Shown here piece after piece: positions 39,204 to 44,245 of a stretch of DNA of 44,245 bases (positions within the stretch are counted from its first letter, which is position 1; each line of letters starts with the position of its first letter). A program made the translations under genes and the position numbers. The DNA comes from Candidatus Nanopelagicaceae bacterium (lineage in GTDB: Bacteria > Actinomycetota > Actinomycetes > Nanopelagicales > Nanopelagicaceae). The stretch lies in NCBI GenBank assembly GCA_036781605.1, contig DAIQAR010000004.1, forward strand, positions 7,075 through 51,319, written 5' to 3'. A model generated the notes under the pieces. The model was not told the origin of the DNA. It made no database searches and saw nothing but the letters and a program-made list of their open reading frames with translations.

Positions 39204-39932
39204 TTAAGGGCAAACCCGTCCAGACTTTTCAAATGCCGCGTATGTAATAGGCATCAATTTTGCAAAATGCTCTTCCATTTTTTCGGCAACCATCTCAATT
39301 TCCCGCTGTGGATAGCTAGGGAAATGAGACCCATCCCTAGAGGTGCGAAGTGATAAAAAGTTCATCAGTGCGCGTGCATTCATCGTCACATACATAGATG
39401 AGTACAGGGTCACAGGCAAAACTGCGCGAGCAACTTCGCGAGCGACGCCGGCATCGAGCATCTTCTTGTAATTTTCGTAAGCAACTGTGCAACTTTCCTT
39501 GATTGCATTAACAGTTAATTCAAATTGTTCTGTTGTGCCATCGACAAATGTGTAGGCACCAGCCTTTCCAATTTGAACCAATTTACGGTCCTTACTTGGA
39601 ACATAGAAAGTGGGGCGAAGTTCGCGATATCGGCCACTCTCCTCGTTATATGAGGCAATTCTGTGGCGCATAAATTCGCGAAACACAAAAATAGGAGCCG
39701 AAACAAAGAAAGTCATTGAAGTGTGTTCAAAGGGAGAACCATGCCGCTCTCTCGCCAAATAGTTAATCAAACCTTCAGCCTTAGCTGCATCACTATTAAC
39801 ATCTTCCAAAGACTTATCTCCGGCAGTGGAGACTCTTGCTGCCCAGATGACATCTGAATCACTTGCGCTTGCCTTCACAAGCTCAACCGTCATATCGTCA
39901 CGGAAAACTATTGGGAAATTCTCTTCGCTCAT
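39204..39932 (-). CDS. thyX: FAD-dependent thymidylate synthase
   Basis: ThyX signature RHRIASYNEESGRY (RHRxxSxxxxSxR). Confidence 0.93.
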   Translation of the reverse strand: MSEENFPIVFRDDMTVELVKASASDSDVIWAARVSTAGDKSLEDVNSDAAKAEGLINYLARERHGSPFEHTSMTFFVSAPIFVFREFMRHRIASYNEESGRYRELRPTFYVPSKDRKLVQIGKAGAYTFVDGTTEQFELTVNAIKESCTVAYENYKKMLDAGVAREVARAVLPVTLYSSMYVTMNARALMNFLSLRTSRDGSHFPSYPQREIEMVAEKMEEHFAKLMPITYAAFEKSGRVCP

Positions 39933-39938
39933 GTGGCG

Positions 39939-39944
39939 ACCTTA
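39939..39944 (-). promoter_or_regulatory. Candidate -10 hexamer TAAGGT, 6 nt upstream of the thyX ATG (leaderless-type)
   Basis: Minus strand reads TAAGGT-cgccac-ATG. There is no convincing SD, and the divergent intergenic region is only 32 bp. Confidence 0.35.
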
Positions 39945-39964
39945 TCTATCTCTCCCCAAACCTC

Positions 39965-40627
39965 ATGGGATTAAGGCAGAATGTCGGCGTGTCAGTGAAG
40001 AGAGATTCCATAGGCGTAGGTATTTCAGTCGGCGCGGCTGGCGTTGCATTTGGCTCAGTTGCTGTTGCCGGACATTTCACTGTTGCCCAAGCTTGTGTCC
40101 TATCTCTCTTACTTTTCTCGGGGGCCTCCCAGTTCGCATTAGTGGGCGTGATGAGTTCTGGAGGAAGTCCGCTAGCAGCAATTTTAACCGGAACATTTCT
40201 TGGCAGTCGCAACGGCCTCTACGGGACAAGAATGGCAAGTATCTTAAAAAATCGCGGATGGCGCAGAGTAGTTGCGGCGCAAATAACAATTGATGAATCA
40301 ACCGGAATGGCGATTGCTCAAGAAGAAATAGAACAGCAGCACACCGCATTCTGGTACACAGGCATTGCAGTATTTTTCTTCTGGAATATCTGCACATTTC
40401 TAGGGGCAGTAGGCGCAAAAGCAATCGGTGACACAGCCGCGTGGGGCTTAGATGTTGTCTCACCCGTCGTCTTTATTGCAGTTCTCTGGCCAAGGCTGAC
40501 AACACGAAATCTTAAACTTGCTGCCCTTGCCGCATTCACATGGGCGCTATGCATCACAGAAGTTGTGCCTTCCGGTGTACCAATTTTGACAACAGTTGCC
40601 ATTGCAGTAATTGTCGGGTGGAAATAA
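39965..40627 (+). CDS. azlC: AzlC-family branched-chain amino acid exporter subunit
   Basis: Polytopic membrane protein with AzlC-like segments (GASQFALVG) followed by an azlD-like gene. I place the start at the ATG at 39965; the ORF-track start at 39863 would overlap thyX by 70 nt. The start is uncertain. Confidence 0.75.
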   Translation: MGLRQNVGVSVKRDSIGVGISVGAAGVAFGSVAVAGHFTVAQACVLSLLLFSGASQFALVGVMSSGGSPLAAILTGTFLGSRNGLYGTRMASILKNRGWRRVVAAQITIDESTGMAIAQEEIEQQHTAFWYTGIAVFFFWNICTFLGAVGAKAIGDTAAWGLDVVSPVVFIAVLWPRLTTRNLKLAALAAFTWALCITEVVPSGVPILTTVAIAVIVGWK

Positions 40628-40938
40628 TGACTGGCGCATGGGTTGCGGTATTAGTAACGGGCGTGCTCTGCTTTGTTCTTAAGTATGTTGGGCATTCAAT
40701 TCCTGCAAAGTGGTTAGAGCGCCCCCGAGTCGGTCGGATTACGACTTTAATTCCTATTGTTCTACTCAGCGCACTGGTTGGAATTCAGGCATTTACGACT
40801 CAAACCAAATTCACTATTGATCATAGGCTCTCAGGGATAGTGATCGGCGCTGGTTCGGTAATAGCAAAGCTGCCATTTCCAGTGACAATTATTCTGGCAA
40901 TGACAGCTTCAGCAATAACTTACAGAGTTAAAATTTAA
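40627..40938 (+). CDS. azlD: AzlD-family small membrane protein
   Basis: About 103 aa with 3-4 TM helices. The ATG at 40627 overlaps the azlC stop (TAATG). The upstream part of the ORF-track ORF lies inside azlC. Confidence 0.7.
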   Translation: MTGAWVAVLVTGVLCFVLKYVGHSIPAKWLERPRVGRITTLIPIVLLSALVGIQAFTTQTKFTIDHRLSGIVIGAGSVIAKLPFPVTIILAMTASAITYRVKI

Positions 40939-40943
40939 AGATT

Positions 40944-41198
40944 TTAAAGAATAGAAAGCTCTTCTAGCTTGGCTTCTAGTGCCAAATCTGAAGGCTCAGT
41001 TAGGTGAGTCCCATCAGAGAAAACAATTACAGGGATTGACTTATTTCCGCCATTAATTTCAATGACCTTGTCTGCTGCTGAAAGATCTTTTTCAACATCA
41101 ATATAGTTATATGTGACATTGTGTGAATCTAGATACGCCTTTGATCGACGGCAATCTCCGCACCAATCTGCGCCATACATTGTTATTTCTTTAGACAT
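40944..41198 (-). CDS. Mycoredoxin/glutaredoxin-like protein (CGDC active site)
   Basis: 84 aa with YGADWCGDCRRSKAYLD and NGGNKSIPVIVFSDGTHLTEPS, which resembles the mycoredoxin-1/NrdH-like family. AGGAGAA SD. Confidence 0.75.
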   Translation of the reverse strand: MSKEITMYGADWCGDCRRSKAYLDSHNVTYNYIDVEKDLSAADKVIEINGGNKSIPVIVFSDGTHLTEPSDLALEAKLEELSIL

Positions 41199-41228
41199 TT
41201 TATTCTCCTAGTACTAGTTACCTAAAGT

Positions 41229-43246
<2,018 letters not shown>

Positions 43247-43256
43247 TAATTACTAA

Positions 43257-44245
43257 TTATTCAGCAGAGTCAGTTGGAGTTGTTCCATCAGCCAAAACTG
43301 GGACCAAAGAGAACTTGCCCTTTGGATCAATCTCGTTGATTTCAACTTCAATCTTGTCTCCGACCTTCATCACTTCTTCAAGGTTCTCGATGCGCTTTCC
43401 ACCATGCATCTTGCGGATTTGCGAGATGTGGAGCAAGCCATCTTTACCAGGAACCAAAGAGATAAATGCGCCGAATGTTGCAAGCTTTACAACACTACCG
43501 TTGAAACGCTCCCCAACCTTTGGCACAACCGGATTAGCGATTGCATCAATCATCTTCTTTGCAGCTTCTGCTTGAGATCCTTCAAGTGCACCGATGTAGA
43601 TAGTTCCATCATCTTCGATAGTGATATCTGCGCCTGTCTCATCTTGAATCTGATTAATCATCTTGCCCTTAGGTCCGATGATTGCACCAATCAAATCAAC
43701 AGGAACCTTGATTGAAATGATGCGAGGAGCAAGAAGACTCATCTCATCAGGAGCATCAATTGCTTGGTTCATGATGTCGAGGATGAAAAGACGAGCTTCT
43801 TTTGCCTGCAAGAGTGCAGATGCAAGTACCGAAGCAGGAATTCCATCAAGCTTTGTATCAAGCTGTAGCGCAGTAACGAATTCCTTCGTTCCGGCAACCT
43901 TGAAGTCCATATCTCCAAATGCATCTTCAGCACCCAAAATGTCAGTTAGCGCGACATATTCAGTCTTGCCATCAACTTGGTCAGAGATAAGACCCATAGC
44001 AATACCTGCAACTAGCGCCTTAAGAGGCACACCAGCATTTAGTAGTGACATGGTTGAAGCACACACAGAACCCATGGATGTTGATCCATTTGAACCTAGT
44101 GCTTCTGAAACTTGGCGAATTGCATATGGGAATTCTTCACGAGTTGGAAGAACTGGAACCAATGCACGCTCTGCAAGAGCACCGTGGCCAATTTCGCGAC
44201 GCTTTGGTGAACCAACACGACCTGTCTCACCTACTGAGTAAGGAG
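43257..44245 (-). CDS. pnp: Polyribonucleotide nucleotidyltransferase (PNPase), C-terminal part; 5' end outside the window
   Basis: The frame stays open to the window edge (..[28 protein letters not shown]..). Contains the second RNase PH domain, a KH domain ([19 protein letters not shown]) and an S1 domain ([15 protein letters not shown]). Confidence 0.95.
   Translation of the reverse strand, partial: PYSVGETGRVGSPKRREIGHGALAERALVPVLPTREEFPYAIRQVSEALGSNGSTSMGSVCASTMSLLNAGVPLKALVAGIAMGLISDQVDGKTEYVALTDILGAEDAFGDMDFKVAGTKEFVTALQLDTKLDGIPASVLASALLQAKEARLFILDIMNQAIDAPDEMSLLAPRIISIKVPVDLIGAIIGPKGKMINQIQDETGADITIEDDGTIYIGALEGSQAEAAKKMIDAIANPVVPKVGERFNGSVVKLATFGAFISLVPGKDGLLHISQIRKMHGGKRIENLEEVMKVGDKIEVEINEIDPKGKFSLVPVLADGTTPTDSAE

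Overview
This 44.2-kb window is gene-dense core chromosome from an Actinomycetota genome. Gene order matches well-known actinobacterial blocks: wecA-atpI-like-atpBEFHAGDC; hflX-dapF-miaA-miaB-recX-recA-DUF3046; clgR-cinA-pgsA-ftsK-rnj-dapA-thyX; dapB-M16 peptidase-pnp. By eye the GC content is far below the 65-70% typical of the phylum, and by my tally of ORF gaps only about 1.1 kb is non-coding. Both points suggest a streamlined lineage, possibly freshwater acI/Nanopelagicales-like; that placement is inference only. I call 50 CDS (pnp is partial at the right edge), one LexA/SOS box with an abutting -10 upstream of recA, one strong intra-operon hairpin in the atp operon, and five TAnnnT-N6-start arrangements that suggest leaderless transcripts. 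I found no rRNA, tRNA, CRISPR array, transposase, integrase, phage gene or recognisable defence system. I therefore do not see a convincing novel multi-gene system; this looks like ordinary housekeeping DNA. The observations most worth a second look are: (1) a TsaC/YrdC-family gene at the conserved position whose catalytic motifs look degenerate; (2) an 85-aa ATP synthase epsilon subunit with no C-terminal inhibitory helical domain, whose stop codon overlaps the convergent murA stop; (3) all six convergent gene junctions are 10 bp or less, leaving no room for terminators; (4) overlapping back-to-back -10 hexamers driving apparently leaderless divergent genes; (5) an ABC-2 exporter translationally coupled to an orphan secreted polycationic protein; (6) a Trx(SxxS)-TPR plus DUF4032 kinase-fold gene pair of unknown function.
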